From NCBI GenBank assembly GCA_963796285.1, contig CAWCKW010000012.1, forward strand, positions 1,056,001 through 1,120,000: a stretch of DNA of 64,000 nt, given 5' to 3'. Positions 1-11,314 of this stretch are shown here, piece after piece. The notes under the pieces are model-generated. The model was not told the DNA's origin. It made no database searches and was given only the letters and a program-made list of their open reading frames with translations. The DNA comes from Nitrospirota bacterium (GTDB taxonomy: Bacteria; Nitrospirota; UBA9217). How positions within the stretch are numbered: the first letter of the stretch is position 1; every line of letters begins with the position of its first letter. A program made the position numbers and the translations under genes.

Positions 1-549
1 GTCCTCTGTGCGCGCCGCACGCTCATGTTCGGCCGGCGGGCCGGGTTCTTTTCCGGCATGGGCGCGGCGACGGCCGATGCCATCTACGGGTTCGTGGCCG
101 CCTTCGGCCTGACGCTCGTGTCGGACTTCCTCATCGGACACAACGTGTTACTGAGGCTCATAGGCGGTTCGCTCTTGTGCATACTGGGCGTCAAGGCGCT
201 GGTTGCGCCACCGGCCGCGAAAATCGATTACCCCAAGTCCCTCAAGAAATTCGCGGGCATGTACTCGTCCACGTTTTTCCTGACCTTGACCAATCCCATG
301 ACCATCTTCTCCTTTGGCGCAGTCTTTGCCGGTTTCGGGCTCGCCGGGGTCAAGGGAAGTGTCTTATCCTCCGGCGCCCTAATCCTCGGCGTCTTCCTCG
401 GCTCGGCTCTCTGGTGGGTGTTCCTGGTGGTCATCTTCAGTATTTTCCGCAAACGGTTCCACTCCCATCAACTTCGCTGGGTGAACTTCATCTCCGGCGG
501 AATCATCATCGCCTCAGGTTTCATCGCTCTCCTGAGCCTGGAGTGGTGA
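1..549 (+). CDS. LysE-family translocator (5'-truncated by window edge)
   Basis: GRRAGFFSGMGAATADAIYG and LTLTNPMTI motifs; hydrophobic; frame is open upstream of the first Met at 25. Confidence 0.85.
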   Translation, partial: VLCARRTLMFGRRAGFFSGMGAATADAIYGFVAAFGLTLVSDFLIGHNVLLRLIGGSLLCILGVKALVAPPAAKIDYPKSLKKFAGMYSSTFFLTLTNPMTIFSFGAVFAGFGLAGVKGSVLSSGALILGVFLGSALWWVFLVVIFSIFRKRFHSHQLRWVNFISGGIIIASGFIALLSLEW

Positions 550-809
550 ACCGGGCGGGACCAATACGGGTCACTGCAGGCAGGATGCGAACAGGGGACA
601 TCAGGATCTCGACCGGCGCGAGGGTAATGATAGATATTTCTCCCAACTATCTTAGCAATGGCAATGTCATCTTCCGGCCCTGGCGTGAGGCCGGGTGAGA
701 CCAACTCGCAGGGAACGCTAAGCGCCGGTATTTACGTTTGACATCGCATCTTTTTCACACAGACATTCTGCGCGAAGCCTGACAGAGGGGATCACAAAGA
801 AGAGAGATC

Positions 810-1082
810 ATGAGAAATTGCGGTACGCGCATATTCGAAAACATCAACAAATCCAGGGTCGAGATCATACTCAAAGGCTTGATTGACCACGGTTCTGTCG
901 TGTCCGGGATCAATCCGTGGGACGTCGACACGCGGAATCATGGCGTACGATTACGGGGAGATTGGATCGAGGAATCATCGAAACTCGCCATTACTATAAC
1001 AGATGCTGACTGGTATGTCCCCGGGAATCAGATATGGGAGAACATAGAATCCCTGATTCGGCTCGTTCAGGAAGACGCGTGA
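810..1082 (+). CDS. hypothetical protein
   Basis: 90-aa ORF with purine-rich RBS and protein-like composition. Confidence 0.6.
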   Translation: MRNCGTRIFENINKSRVEIILKGLIDHGSVVSGINPWDVDTRNHGVRLRGDWIEESSKLAITITDADWYVPGNQIWENIESLIRLVQEDA

Positions 1083-1091
1083 ATGCAATCT

Positions 1092-2345
1092 TCACTCGTT
1101 GTTTTTAACCGACGTTTGCAACCTTTTCGTGACGAACAAATAGTTAGCGGTATAGATATAGTCATCGAGATAATTCTTTAAGCCGTCTTTAGTCACATCA
1201 CGTCGCTGATCGCTTAAGTAGGCGCTGAGTTCCTTTTCGGTCATTGAGCCGGGCTTGTTCATATTCATATCGATCTTCGGCGCAACGGTCAGAGGATAGA
1301 TCCTCTTTAAGGTCCCGTCTGAAATAGCGAAACTCGCCTCATATGCCTCTTTTTCCGGCATCAGTTCAGCGATCCAAGTATTGGTATAATCCGGGTCTTT
1401 TTTCACGGAGACGACTCGCGCCCCCATTACGGCCACGTCTGCTGCTTTTATTTCTCCTGTAGAAGAGATAAAGGTGACCCGGATCGAGGTCTTTCCATCC
1501 GACAAAGCGACCGCAGGCTCTTGATGATAGCTCACCATTTCGTCCTGCGCAAACAGGCCGATAACTGCCTTGGCTGTTCGTTCTCCTCTAAACTTCTTGA
1601 ACCTCATCAGAACGCTGTCAAATTGCTGGATCTTGTTCCTGGACGGTTCCGATGCTGCCGTGATCCCGCTTGCACCTGCTGAGCCCGTTGTCGATTGCGA
1701 GACCGACGCCGGTTCAATGGCCGTCCCGGTACCCGAAGACTGCTCAGCTGACAGGCCTCCCTGACCCTCGAACATACTTGACGGACCGACCAGTTTAGCC
1801 GATAGTCCGGCGCCAGCCGGAGCTTTGGAGGCAAGGGAAGTTGCCGCCGATTCACCTGTGATTACGGACGTATTGGAAGTATCTACTGTGGTGTCTGATT
1901 GCTGCGAGATCTGGGAAATAACAGGCAAGGGTTTGCCATTAATATCAGATACACTGCTCTTGAACGCCAGGATCTTCCCCGTACCGTCGCCTCTTCGCGT
2001 AAAGGTCAACATGGCTATAACGCCGGTCCCCGTGACCGGCGTGGTACGTACGATCCCTATACGGACCATGCCGGGTATCGTATCATTGACCGCTACCATC
2101 GCTCCTGAGATCATGTCCCCTTGCGTGAATTGCGGCGAGGCCAGCGTGGTGGAATCGTACGAGACGGTGATGTCCATGGCGGCCACACTATCCATCCCCG
2201 AGCCTTGGAGCGCGTACACTCCGTCACTGGACTGCGAGATGGTCAGCGTGGAGGCGGCAAAACCGTCTTGCGCCAGTCCCCATACCAAGACCACGGCTGT
2301 TAAGAATACAAGTGCCTTCTGCATGACCTTCTGATTCATGACCAT
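1092..2345 (-). CDS. secreted cohesin-domain protein with C-terminal dockerin/EF-hand-like motif
   Basis: Signal peptide; cohesin-like beta domain (AAMDITVSYD...GVIAMLTF); Ser/Thr/Gly linker; C-terminal DVTKDGLKNYLDDYIY. Confidence 0.7.
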   Translation of the reverse strand: MVMNQKVMQKALVFLTAVVLVWGLAQDGFAASTLTISQSSDGVYALQGSGMDSVAAMDITVSYDSTTLASPQFTQGDMISGAMVAVNDTIPGMVRIGIVRTTPVTGTGVIAMLTFTRRGDGTGKILAFKSSVSDINGKPLPVISQISQQSDTTVDTSNTSVITGESAATSLASKAPAGAGLSAKLVGPSSMFEGQGGLSAEQSSGTGTAIEPASVSQSTTGSAGASGITAASEPSRNKIQQFDSVLMRFKKFRGERTAKAVIGLFAQDEMVSYHQEPAVALSDGKTSIRVTFISSTGEIKAADVAVMGARVVSVKKDPDYTNTWIAELMPEKEAYEASFAISDGTLKRIYPLTVAPKIDMNMNKPGSMTEKELSAYLSDQRRDVTKDGLKNYLDDYIYTANYLFVTKRLQTSVKNNE

Positions 2346-2423
2346 TATATCCTCTTTGTACCTTTATCGGCTGTCGCGTCACTTTCACTGCGTACACCGG
2401 TGACATGAGCGTGAAATGACTGT

Positions 2424-2858
2424 TTACTGGAAAGCGACCGTAAAACCTAAATTAATGCCAATGAGAGTTGCACCGTTCAGGTCCACTACCGTGGGGCTTG
2501 AAAGGCTGAAGTCTGCGGCAGTGGGACTGCTGCCCGCTGCAATATCGCAGGACACTTGAGCGAATTCCCCGGTGCTGAAACCGTTCGCATTGACGACCCC
2601 CATGCTGACCTTATAAGTCGACGCCGTGGCGCCGGCAAGGTACACACCGGAGGTATAAGAACCTGCTGCCGTGCCGGATGCCATTATAACTCCGGTATCC
2701 GTTACCATGGTCGACGAGCCGGCGGAGTAGAGACTCGCCTTGGCTGTCACGCCCGCAGGCAGATTGACCGTAACCTGGATGCCGCCGATCTTGGTCCCGG
2801 CAGGCAGCGTGCCTGAGGTTGAGATCATCACGATCCCGAGGTGCAGCGCGTATTCCAC
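2424..2858 (-). pseudogene. cohesin-like beta-domain protein lacking its N-terminal signal/lipoprotein leader
   Basis: STSGTLPAGTKIGGIQVTVNLPAGVT...GEFAQVSCDI resembles cohesin-like lipoproteins; no usable start or signal peptide. Confidence 0.5.
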
Positions 2859-3028
2859 GCAAGGACGAATACAAGCAAGGCCACCAGCGCGGTGGCCAGT
2901 TCCACAAGGTTGTGAAAGAGGAGAAAGCTGTACCGGCTGCTGGTGTACATTCCGCAGAGGACAATGATCGACATCAATGCGGCGGGTCCGTGCTTTGATA
3001 GCATATGTTGGTAGGATGATCGTCCCAT
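2828..3028 (-). pseudogene. N-terminal fragment of a MASE3-type membrane sensor domain
   Basis: YSFLLFHNLVELATALVALLVFVLAWNTR resembles the MASE3 N-terminus; stops after 66 aa. Confidence 0.55.
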
Positions 3029-3161
3029 GCAGTCTGATGACTACTATAATCGAAAAGCCGGTTCAAAAGCAATAGGTTTGAGGATGCCGACCGCCGGCGC
3101 CCCGAGTCCGGGGTGAACCCGCACGGTATTCAGTTGTTACTGCGAACGGTGTTAAACCTGT

Positions 3162-3190
3162 TTGACAATACCCGTGTTTCTGGTTAACAT
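3162..3190 (+). promoter_or_regulatory. sigma70-type promoter
   Basis: TTGACA-17 nt-TAACAT upstream of the transglutaminase gene. Confidence 0.55.
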
Positions 3191-3244
3191 AAGAATGTTG
3201 CGCACATTGATGCATCTTTCCCATTTCAAGGCAGAATATTACTC

Positions 3245-4696
3245 ATGCTTAAAAAAATCACCTCCACGCTCATCCTGCTCTTCTGGTTCGTCATGCTCGG
3301 CCTCCTGATCGATAGGACCTACATCCGACCCTCTTCGGTGATCGCCCTGGATGTGATCACGGAAGAAGGCGTGCGCGCAAGTAACGAATGGTTCGGCATC
3401 TACCAGCAGGGCAGGAAGATCGGCTATGCGCACTCACAGACCATCCCCGAAGCGGAAACCTATCACCTCTTTGAGGAATCGGAGATGGACATCCTCGCAC
3501 TCGGCTCGGTGCAGCGGGTCAGGACGGTCATCAACAGCTACACCACCAGAAATTTTCTGCTCAAGTATTTCGATTTCATGTTGCAATCCGATCTGACCAC
3601 GATGAAGATCAAGGGCGCGGTTCTCAAGAATAAGCTTGTCCTCGATATCGAAACGGGCGGCCAGACGCGGACCGAGAAGATCCAGCTGACCCGTCCGCCC
3701 TACCTCTCACCGAACATCAAGCCGGCCATTCTGCTCCTGGGGCTGGAAACAGGAAAGACCTACCGGTTTCCCCTTTTCAATCCCGCTACCATGAGCACCG
3801 AGGAGGCGACCATTTCCATTGAGTCACGAGAGCGCATCAAGATCGGCAAAACCGAGCAGACCATTTACAAATTGAAAGAATCGTTTCAGGGCATGGAGAC
3901 CACATCGTGGGTCTCGCAGGATGGCGTGACGCTCAAGGAAGAGAGCGCCCTGGGCTATGCACTGCTGAACGAGAGCAGGACGGAGGCGATGAAACGCGAC
4001 AAGGGCGGTCCGATTGTCGACATTATCTCGCTTACGATGATCCCTTCGGACCCGATAAAAGGGTCTTCGCAGGTGACCTATCTGCGTGCCCGGCTGAAAG
4101 GCGTTCCGTTGCAAGGCTTTCAACTGGACAACGACCGCCAGACGCTCAAGGAGGATGTGATCGAGGTCCGCAAGGAAGACCATCCAGCGGCTTATCGCCT
4201 GCCCTATTCCGGAACGGAACTGTCTGATTACCTGATGCCGAATGCGCTGATCCAAAGCGATGACAAAAAGATCATGGAGCAAGCCGCACGGATCCTGTCA
4301 GGCGAAAAGAACGCCTACGAGGCTGCGAAAAAACTGAACGCTTGGGTCTACCATGCATTAACGAAAAAGCCGGTCGTCAGCATACCGAGCGCGCTCGAAG
4401 TCCTGAACCAGCGCGAAGGGGACTGCAACGAACATACCGCGCTGTATACCGCGCTGGCCCGTGCTGCCGGCATCCCGACACGCATGGCAGCCGGCATCGT
4501 GTATATGGAGAATGGTTTCTATTACCATGCCTGGCCCGAGGTATGGGTCGGCACCTGGATGGCCGTTGACCCCACCTTCAACCAGTTCCCTGCTGACGCA
4601 ACGCATATCCGCTTTGCCACGGGAAACCTTGACCGGCAATCTGATATAATCAAGCTGGTCGGGAAGCTGAAAGTGGAGGTGCTGGAATACAAATAG
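3245..4696 (+). CDS. transglutaminase-like domain protein (membrane-anchored)
   Basis: GDCNEH catalytic Cys, HAWPEV, DPT triad motifs; N-terminal TM. Confidence 0.9.
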   Translation: MLKKITSTLILLFWFVMLGLLIDRTYIRPSSVIALDVITEEGVRASNEWFGIYQQGRKIGYAHSQTIPEAETYHLFEESEMDILALGSVQRVRTVINSYTTRNFLLKYFDFMLQSDLTTMKIKGAVLKNKLVLDIETGGQTRTEKIQLTRPPYLSPNIKPAILLLGLETGKTYRFPLFNPATMSTEEATISIESRERIKIGKTEQTIYKLKESFQGMETTSWVSQDGVTLKEESALGYALLNESRTEAMKRDKGGPIVDIISLTMIPSDPIKGSSQVTYLRARLKGVPLQGFQLDNDRQTLKEDVIEVRKEDHPAAYRLPYSGTELSDYLMPNALIQSDDKKIMEQAARILSGEKNAYEAAKKLNAWVYHALTKKPVVSIPSALEVLNQREGDCNEHTALYTALARAAGIPTRMAAGIVYMENGFYYHAWPEVWVGTWMAVDPTFNQFPADATHIRFATGNLDRQSDIIKLVGKLKVEVLEYK

Positions 4697-4708
4697 AATA
4701 TTTTTTTC

Positions 4709-4787
4709 ACCGCGGAGACGCCGAGACGCGGAGATAAAAACCTTAAGGATTAATTTGTTTCCTCTGCGTGCTCTGCGGCTCTGCGGT
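4709..4787. repeat. intergenic imperfect inverted repeat with 9-nt-period CGCRGAG arms
   Basis: accgcggagacgccgagacgcggag...ctctgcgtgctctgcggctctgcggt; near reverse complement of 19029-19104. Confidence 0.8.
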
Positions 4788-4801
4788 AAAACTATAAATT
4801 T

Positions 4802-5530
4802 ATGATAAAACTCACAAACCTCACCAAGAACTACGGCAAGCTCATTGCCGTGAACAAGATCAATCTCGAAGTGGCGCGGGGCGAGATCTTCGGCTTCCTC
4901 GGTCCGAACGGCGCGGGCAAGACCACGACCATCAAGATGATGGCGGGTCTGCTCCAGCCTACGGATGGCAGCATCCTCATCGGCGGCCACGATGTTCAGA
5001 AGGAGCCCCTCAAGGCAAAGTTCATTACCGGCTTCATACCTGACAGGCCGTTCCTGTATGAAAAGCTCACGGCAATGGAATTCATGCATTTCGTGGCCGA
5101 GCTCTACGGAATGAGGGACTCGAACAAGCGCGTGAGTGAGCTCCTCGTTCTGTTCGGACTTCCTGAGTGGGCCGATGAGCTGGTCGAGAACTTCTCCCAT
5201 GGCATGAAACAGCGCCTCGTCATGGCCGCGGCCCTGCTGCATGACCCGAAAGTCCTGGTCGTGGACGAGCCCATGGTCGGTCTTGACCCGCGCGGCGCGC
5301 GACTCGTAAAGGACATCTTCAAGGACCTCGCTGCAAAGGGCGTCACCGTGTTCATGTCCACGCACACGCTCGAGATCGTGGAGCAGATGTGCACGCGTGT
5401 AGCTATCATCAATAAAGGCGATATCATCGCCGAAGGCAGTGTCGAAGACCTCGGCCGTATGGCGCTCATGCCCGAAAGCCATCTGGAACCGATCTTCCTG
5501 AAACTGACCGGAGGGGATGAAACAATTTAA
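4802..5530 (+). CDS. ABC transporter ATP-binding protein
   Basis: Walker A GPNGAGKT, FSHGMKQR signature, VVDEP Walker B. Confidence 0.95.
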   Translation: MIKLTNLTKNYGKLIAVNKINLEVARGEIFGFLGPNGAGKTTTIKMMAGLLQPTDGSILIGGHDVQKEPLKAKFITGFIPDRPFLYEKLTAMEFMHFVAELYGMRDSNKRVSELLVLFGLPEWADELVENFSHGMKQRLVMAAALLHDPKVLVVDEPMVGLDPRGARLVKDIFKDLAAKGVTVFMSTHTLEIVEQMCTRVAIINKGDIIAEGSVEDLGRMALMPESHLEPIFLKLTGGDETI

Positions 5531-5559
5531 ACTAGACGATCTGGAACGAAAACCTCGGA

Positions 5560-5650
5560 ACCGCGAAGGCGCGATGATCGCGAAGGACTGCCAAGAACAA
5601 ATCAGGTTTAATAACCGAATAGTTGATATTCCCTAAGCGTCCTTCGCGGT
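5560..5650. repeat. intergenic inverted repeat (CGCGAAG-type arms)
   Basis: accgcgaaggcgcgatgatcgcgaagg...gcgtccttcgcggt. Confidence 0.65.
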
Positions 5651-5746
5651 AAAATTCTTTTTATCTGACCCGAGCAGTTACTTTAGGACATATGAGATTC
5701 ACGCAAAATTTCGTTCCTTCATAGCTCATGCTCTTTACAGGATACT

Positions 5747-7435
5747 ATGCTTCTGCTCCTCACCCCGCGATACTATGCCATAAAGAACCGGCTCACCCGC
5801 CTCGCTCCCGGTGACGGGCTGAAAACCGCTGTCCTCGGCTTGCTCGGCCTGGGCTTCTGGGCCTTCATGTATGGCATATCATTCAAGGTCCTCTCCTACT
5901 TCCGGACCATCGAAGGCCTGGGCGACCTGCTCGCGCTCCGGCTGTTGTCTATGGTCCTGCTGACGTTCTTCTCGATCCTCTTGTTCAGCAACATCGTCAC
6001 GTCGCTGTCCACCTTCTACCTTTCAGGGGAACTCGAAATTCTGCACTCCGTTCCGATAAGAACAGAGAATATCTTTCGCGCGAAGTTCATCGAGACGATC
6101 ATTGACTCATCATGGATGACGCTCATCTATGGCCTGCCCGTCTTTATTGCTTACGGCATGGTATTCAAAGCCTCGGTCTTCTACTACCTCGGCCTCGTGC
6201 TCACCATCATCCCTTTTTTGATCATCCCCGCCGGGATCGGCATCGTGGTGACCATGCTGCTCGTGAACGCATTCCCGGCCCGCAGGGCCAAGGACGTTCT
6301 GGTGCTCCTGAGCCTTGTGTTCTTCATGGTCCTGTACATCCTGCTGCGCATGCTTAAACCCGAGAAGCTCGTTGACCCCGATACGTTTCCGTCCCTCGTC
6401 CAGTATCTGACAGCCCTGCGTGCGCCGGTGTCGCCCCTGCTGCCGAGCTTCTGGGCGACGGAGACCCTTTCCCCCCTGCTTCGCCGGATCAAGGGCGAAT
6501 CGGTTTTTTACCTGCTCATGCTGTGGAGCACCGCCGGCGCAGGGATCGTGATCGGGGAGTGGGTCTGCGGCAAGATCTACTACACCGGATGGTCGCGATC
6601 GCAGGAGGGGAAAAAATCGCCGATCTCGCGCTCGCGCATTGCGGATGCGTTCTTCCGCTTCGTATCCCTGCCGTTCCGGGGAAAGATGCGCGCCATTGTA
6701 GTAAAGGACGTGAAGCTTTTTTTCCGCGACACGTCACAATGGTCGCAGCTTTTCCTCATCTTCGCGCTCATGGTCGTGTACATTTACAGCTTCAAGCTTC
6801 TGCCCCTGGAGCGCGCGGCCATGCCGAGCTTCTTTCTCCAGAATTTGATCTCCTTCCTGAACCTCGGCATGGTCGGGTTCGTGACCGCATCGGTCGCCAT
6901 ACGGTTCGTGTTCCCCGCCGTCAGCCTCGAGGGAGCCTCGTTCTGGATCATCCGCTCTGCCCCGCTGTCGATCAGGCAATTCCTCTGGTCGAAGTTCTGG
7001 AGCAGCCTCCTGCCGCTCATGGTGCTGTCCGAGATATTGATCGTGCTCTCGAACACACTGCTCAAGGTCACGCCCTTCATGATGTGGCTCGGCATCGCCA
7101 CGGTCTTTGTGATAACCTTCGGCATCACCGCCCTCGGCGTTGGCCTGGGCGCGGTATTCCCCAAGTTCAAGCACGAGAACGTGGCACAGATCCCGACGGG
7201 TTTCGGCGGCATCGTGTACATGCTGTTGACCATGCTGTTCATCGGCATCGTGATCACGCTCGAGGCCTGGCCGGTGTACAGGATCTTCATGGCCCAGACC
7301 GCTGGTTACAACATCTCGATCACGGGATGGATATCCATTGCCATTTCGATCGTCGCGGTCCTGGCCGTCAATGTTCTAGCGCTCTTTTTGCCCATGAAGA
7401 TCGGGCTTGAACGACTGAAACAGCGCGAAATATAG
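5747..7435 (+). CDS. putative ABC exporter permease
   Basis: 562 aa, many TM segments, duplicated ABC-2-like halves, follows the ABC ATPase. Confidence 0.85.
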   Translation: MLLLLTPRYYAIKNRLTRLAPGDGLKTAVLGLLGLGFWAFMYGISFKVLSYFRTIEGLGDLLALRLLSMVLLTFFSILLFSNIVTSLSTFYLSGELEILHSVPIRTENIFRAKFIETIIDSSWMTLIYGLPVFIAYGMVFKASVFYYLGLVLTIIPFLIIPAGIGIVVTMLLVNAFPARRAKDVLVLLSLVFFMVLYILLRMLKPEKLVDPDTFPSLVQYLTALRAPVSPLLPSFWATETLSPLLRRIKGESVFYLLMLWSTAGAGIVIGEWVCGKIYYTGWSRSQEGKKSPISRSRIADAFFRFVSLPFRGKMRAIVVKDVKLFFRDTSQWSQLFLIFALMVVYIYSFKLLPLERAAMPSFFLQNLISFLNLGMVGFVTASVAIRFVFPAVSLEGASFWIIRSAPLSIRQFLWSKFWSSLLPLMVLSEILIVLSNTLLKVTPFMMWLGIATVFVITFGITALGVGLGAVFPKFKHENVAQIPTGFGGIVYMLLTMLFIGIVITLEAWPVYRIFMAQTAGYNISITGWISIAISIVAVLAVNVLALFLPMKIGLERLKQREI

Positions 7436-7446
7436 GTTTTCAACAA

Positions 7447-7493
7447 CCACAATATATAGTGCCTCCCCTGGAAACCAATACCTTACCTTGTTA
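7447..7493. promoter_or_regulatory. candidate tandem NrdR boxes upstream of smc
   Basis: ccacaatatatagtgc matches the acaCwAtATaTwGtg consensus; weaker ataccttaccttgtta 31 nt downstream. Confidence 0.5.
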
Positions 7494-7586
7494 TTTTTCC
7501 CTTTACAAACCCCATTTCATATGATATAAACGTGCTAATAACTGGTTTAATAAATCTTCCACCCGTCTATTTTCATGAGGAGACCT

Positions 7587-10500
7587 ATGCAGCTTAAAAC
7601 CCTGGAAATGATCGGTTTTAAATCCTTCTCAGACAAGACTGTCATTGCGTTCCAGCCAGGCATCACCGCTGTGGTTGGCCCGAACGGCTGCGGCAAGAGC
7701 AACATCTCGGACGCCATCCGCTGGGTGCTCGGTGAACAGAGCGCCAAGCATCTTCGCGGCGACAAGATGGAAGACGTGATCTTCAACGGAAGCGAGAGCC
7801 GCAAACCTCTGGGCATGGCCGAGGTCACCCTCAGGCTCACGAACGTCAGAGGGAACCTTTACCTCGTCTGAGTTCGGCCACTATCAGGAGATCGAGATCA
7901 CCCGCCGCCTCTACCGCTCCGGTGAAAGCGAATACCTCATCAACAAGATCCCCTGCCGCCTCAAGGACATCCGCGATCTCATGATGGATGCCGGGGTAGG
8001 CGCGAGGATCCACGCCATCATCGAACAGGACAAAGTGGACCAGATCCTCTCCTCCAAACCGCAGGACCGCAGGTTCCTGTTCGAGGAGGTGGCCGGGGTG
8101 ATGAAATACAAGGCCCGCCGCCAGGAGGCGCTCTCCAAGCTCGAATCGACCAACCAGAACCTGCTCCGAGTGAATGACATCATCATCGAGGTGAAACGCC
8201 AGGTCAACTCCCTCGACCGGCAGGCCAGGAAAGCCGAGCGGTATCAAAAGCTCCGCGCTGAAATGAAGGACCTTGACTTCCGTCTGGCCTCCGTCGAGTA
8301 CTCGGGCCTCGGGACCGAATGGACCGCGTCTTCCGAGGAATTCAAAAAACTGGAAGACGAAGTAACTGCGCTCCACGCATCCCTCGGCAGGATCGAGTCC
8401 GCCATCGAAGAGACCCGGGCTGATGCCCTGTCCGCGGAGCATGAACTCGGTGCGCTCCAGCACAAGATCCACGAGACCGAGACCGCGCTCAGCCGCGCCG
8501 AGCATCGCGTGGAGATGTCCAAGAGTCACAGATCGCGGCGCTTATCGAGCAGCGCAGCCGCGACCAGGCAGACAGGGAGTACCTGAAGCAGGAGACCGCG
8601 CGGGTTGCCGGGCAAAAGGTCCGGCACGAAGACGAGTCCGCGCTACTGGGCATCTCGATCAACGAAAGAAACGCCATTCTGACCGATAGGAACACGGACC
8701 TGGAATCCCTCTCCCGGGCGCTCACGGAACAGGAACTTTCGCTCGAGGAGACCAGGGCCGGGATCCTGAACGCCATGACGGCCACGGCCACGGAGAAATC
8801 CCGGATCGTAAACCTTGAATCACGGATCGCGCAGATAGCCGAACAGGACGCTCGTGACTTGTCAGAAAAGAGGGACCTCGAGCAGAGGCTCGCCGAGTTC
8901 AGGTCCCGTCTCACGGGAAAGGAACATGAGATCGAGGAGCTGGCAGCCCGGAGGAATACGGCCCAGGAAGAACGCATGGACGTGGCCGACCGGCTGGAGC
9001 AGGCGCTCGCGAAGAAGAAAACTCTCGATGTAGGACTGAACGAAAACAAGAACAGGCTCGCGGGCCAGCGGGCGCGTCTTCGCTCCCTGCTCGAACTTGA
9101 ACAGAGCCTTGAAGGCTATCAGAAGGGCGTACGGACAGTCATGTCCGCGCGCAAGGAAGCTTCCTCCGTTGAGAACCTCGGGACCATCCACGGCCTCGTG
9201 GCCGACATGATCGAGACCGAACCGAAGTATGAGGTAGCGATCGAGGCTGTGCTCGGCGACCGGCTGCAGTATGTTGTGGTGGACTCCCAGACCGATTCGC
9301 TCAAGGCCATCGACTACCTCAAGGCGAAAAGCGGCGGCAGGAGCACCTTTGTGCCCAAAATGACCCGCGAGATAAAATCAGAACCCTATGTAAAGAACGG
9401 CCATGCCGGCGTTATCGGATCCGCCTTGAACATCGTGCGCTACAAGGACACGTACAGCAGCGTGGCCCAATATCTGCTCGGCGACGTGGTCGTTGTTGAC
9501 ACGATGGACACCGCCCTCTACTTGTGGCAGAAGAACGGCTTCGACAAGACCGTCGTCACCCTGTCCGGAGAGATCGTTGACCCCTGGGGCGCGGTCACCG
9601 GAGGCACCGTCGAGGCGACCGGTACCGGTATGCTGACCAAGCGCCGCGAGATCAAGGACCTTGAGCACGAGCTGGCGGAACTCGGGACCCAGATCGCCTT
9701 GCTCGAAGCGGAGCTTATTTCCGTCGAGGCATCGATCGCATCGGATACCAGGATCGAGGCCGAGCTCTCCCAGCAGATCCACCGCATGGAGCTCGAGTTC
9801 GTGAACAGCGAAAAGGACTGCACGACCATCAGGGACGACATCGGCCGCGCAACAGAACGCGTCAGGACACTCGATGCCGAGGCGGCAGAACGTGCGACCT
9901 TGCGGCTTGAACTGAACAGCGGAATCGAACAGTCGAGGGAAGCGCTCCGAAACCACGAGACCGGCCATTCGAACGCCCAGGCGAACATCGAGGCGATCCA
10001 GGCGGAACTTTTCCGCAAGAAGGAAGGGCTTGATGCGGCACGCTCCGCGATCACCGAACTCAAAATGGAACTCACTGCGCTCCAGGAAAAACAGGCAGCG
10101 GCCGCCAGGAACATCGAGGCCCTCGTCCGAACGGAAATGGAACTGAACGAACGACTTGCGAAGCGTGAGGCTGAGATCACCGGCATCGCCGCGAAACTCA
10201 TGGAGCTCGAATCCTCCATATCGGAAGCGGAGACCGAGATCAGGCAGCATATCGAGGTCCTGGAAGCGGAACGCCGGGTCCTGGTTTTGAAGCAGGAATC
10301 CCACGCAGCAAAAACGCAGGCCCTCCATGATGCCGAGGAACAGGCCCGTCAGGAACGCCACGACATCGAGGCCGCTCAGAAAAGACTTTCGGCCAATGAG
10401 GTCAAACGCACCGAGCTCCGCATGAGGATCGAGCACCTGAAGGACACCATCTGGAACGCCTATCACACCGAGCTCGATATCGTGGTCCAGGAACTTGGTC

Positions 10501-11174
10501 AGTTCGAGATCGATCGGGAAGGATCGAAGGCACAGGCCGAGGACCTGCGCCAGAAGATCGACCAGATGGGCCCCATCAACGTGGATGCGCTCCAGGAATA
10601 CAACGAGTTGAAGGAACGCTACGACATCCTGAGCGCGCAGCAAAACGACATCAACGAGTCTGTCAGCAACCTCAAGTCCACCATCGCGAAGCTTGACGGC
10701 GAGACGAGGGAACTCTTCAGTGAGGCCTTCAATTCCATCCAGGAAAAATTCAAGGAAGTCTTTTCCCTCCTGTTCGAGGGAGGCAGGGCCGAACTCGTGC
10801 TCCTCGATGAATCGAACATCCTCGAGTCGGGCATCGAGATCATTGCCCAGCCCCGGGGCAAAAAATTTCAGAGCATCACGCTGCTTTCGGGCGGCGAACG
10901 GGCACTGACGGCCATTGCCCTGCTCTTCGCGGCCTTCCTGGTCAAACCGAGCCCCTTCTGCATGCTCGACGAGGTCGACGCGCCGCTCGATGAAGCGAAC
11001 GTAACGCGCTTCACCCGCCTTATTCGAGAGATGAGCAGCCGGTCACAGTTCATCACCATCACCCACAACAAGCGGACCATGGAGATGGCCGATGCCCTCT
11101 ACGGCATCACCATGGAAGAACCGGGCTGTTCCCGCGTGGTCTCGGTCAAGCTCCGCGAACCCGTCATGGCGTAA
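7587..11174 (+). CDS. smc: chromosome segregation protein SMC (two frameshifts, near 7860 and 8527)
   Basis: GFKSF...GPNGCGKSN Walker A, hinge region, LSGGE signature, LDEVDAPLD; three ORF pieces join after removing one T at ~7860 and CA at ~8527. Confidence 0.92.
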
Positions 11175-11180
11175 ATGAGT

Positions 11181-11265
11181 GCAGGATCAAGGGTTCGGAG
11201 TGCAGGGTTCATGTTAAGAGTAGTTTATCCCCTGTGCCCTGATCCTGACCCCTGTACCCTGTCTC
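11181..11265. repeat. intergenic inverted repeat with ~7-nt-period (CAGGG / CCCTG) arms
   Basis: caggatcaagggttcggagtgcagggttc...ccctgtgccctgatcctgacccctgtaccctg. Confidence 0.55.
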
Positions 11266-11314
11266 AGGAACGTTCAACTTCCCGTTCATCCGACCCTATG
11301 ATATTCTCCTCTTT

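Noticed and set aside
7855-8530. Programmed frameshifting or pseudogenisation of smc
   Set aside because: The shifts are an extra T in a short homopolymer and an extra CA dinucleotide, with no slippery heptamer. The gene is otherwise intact, so sequencing or assembly error is more likely.
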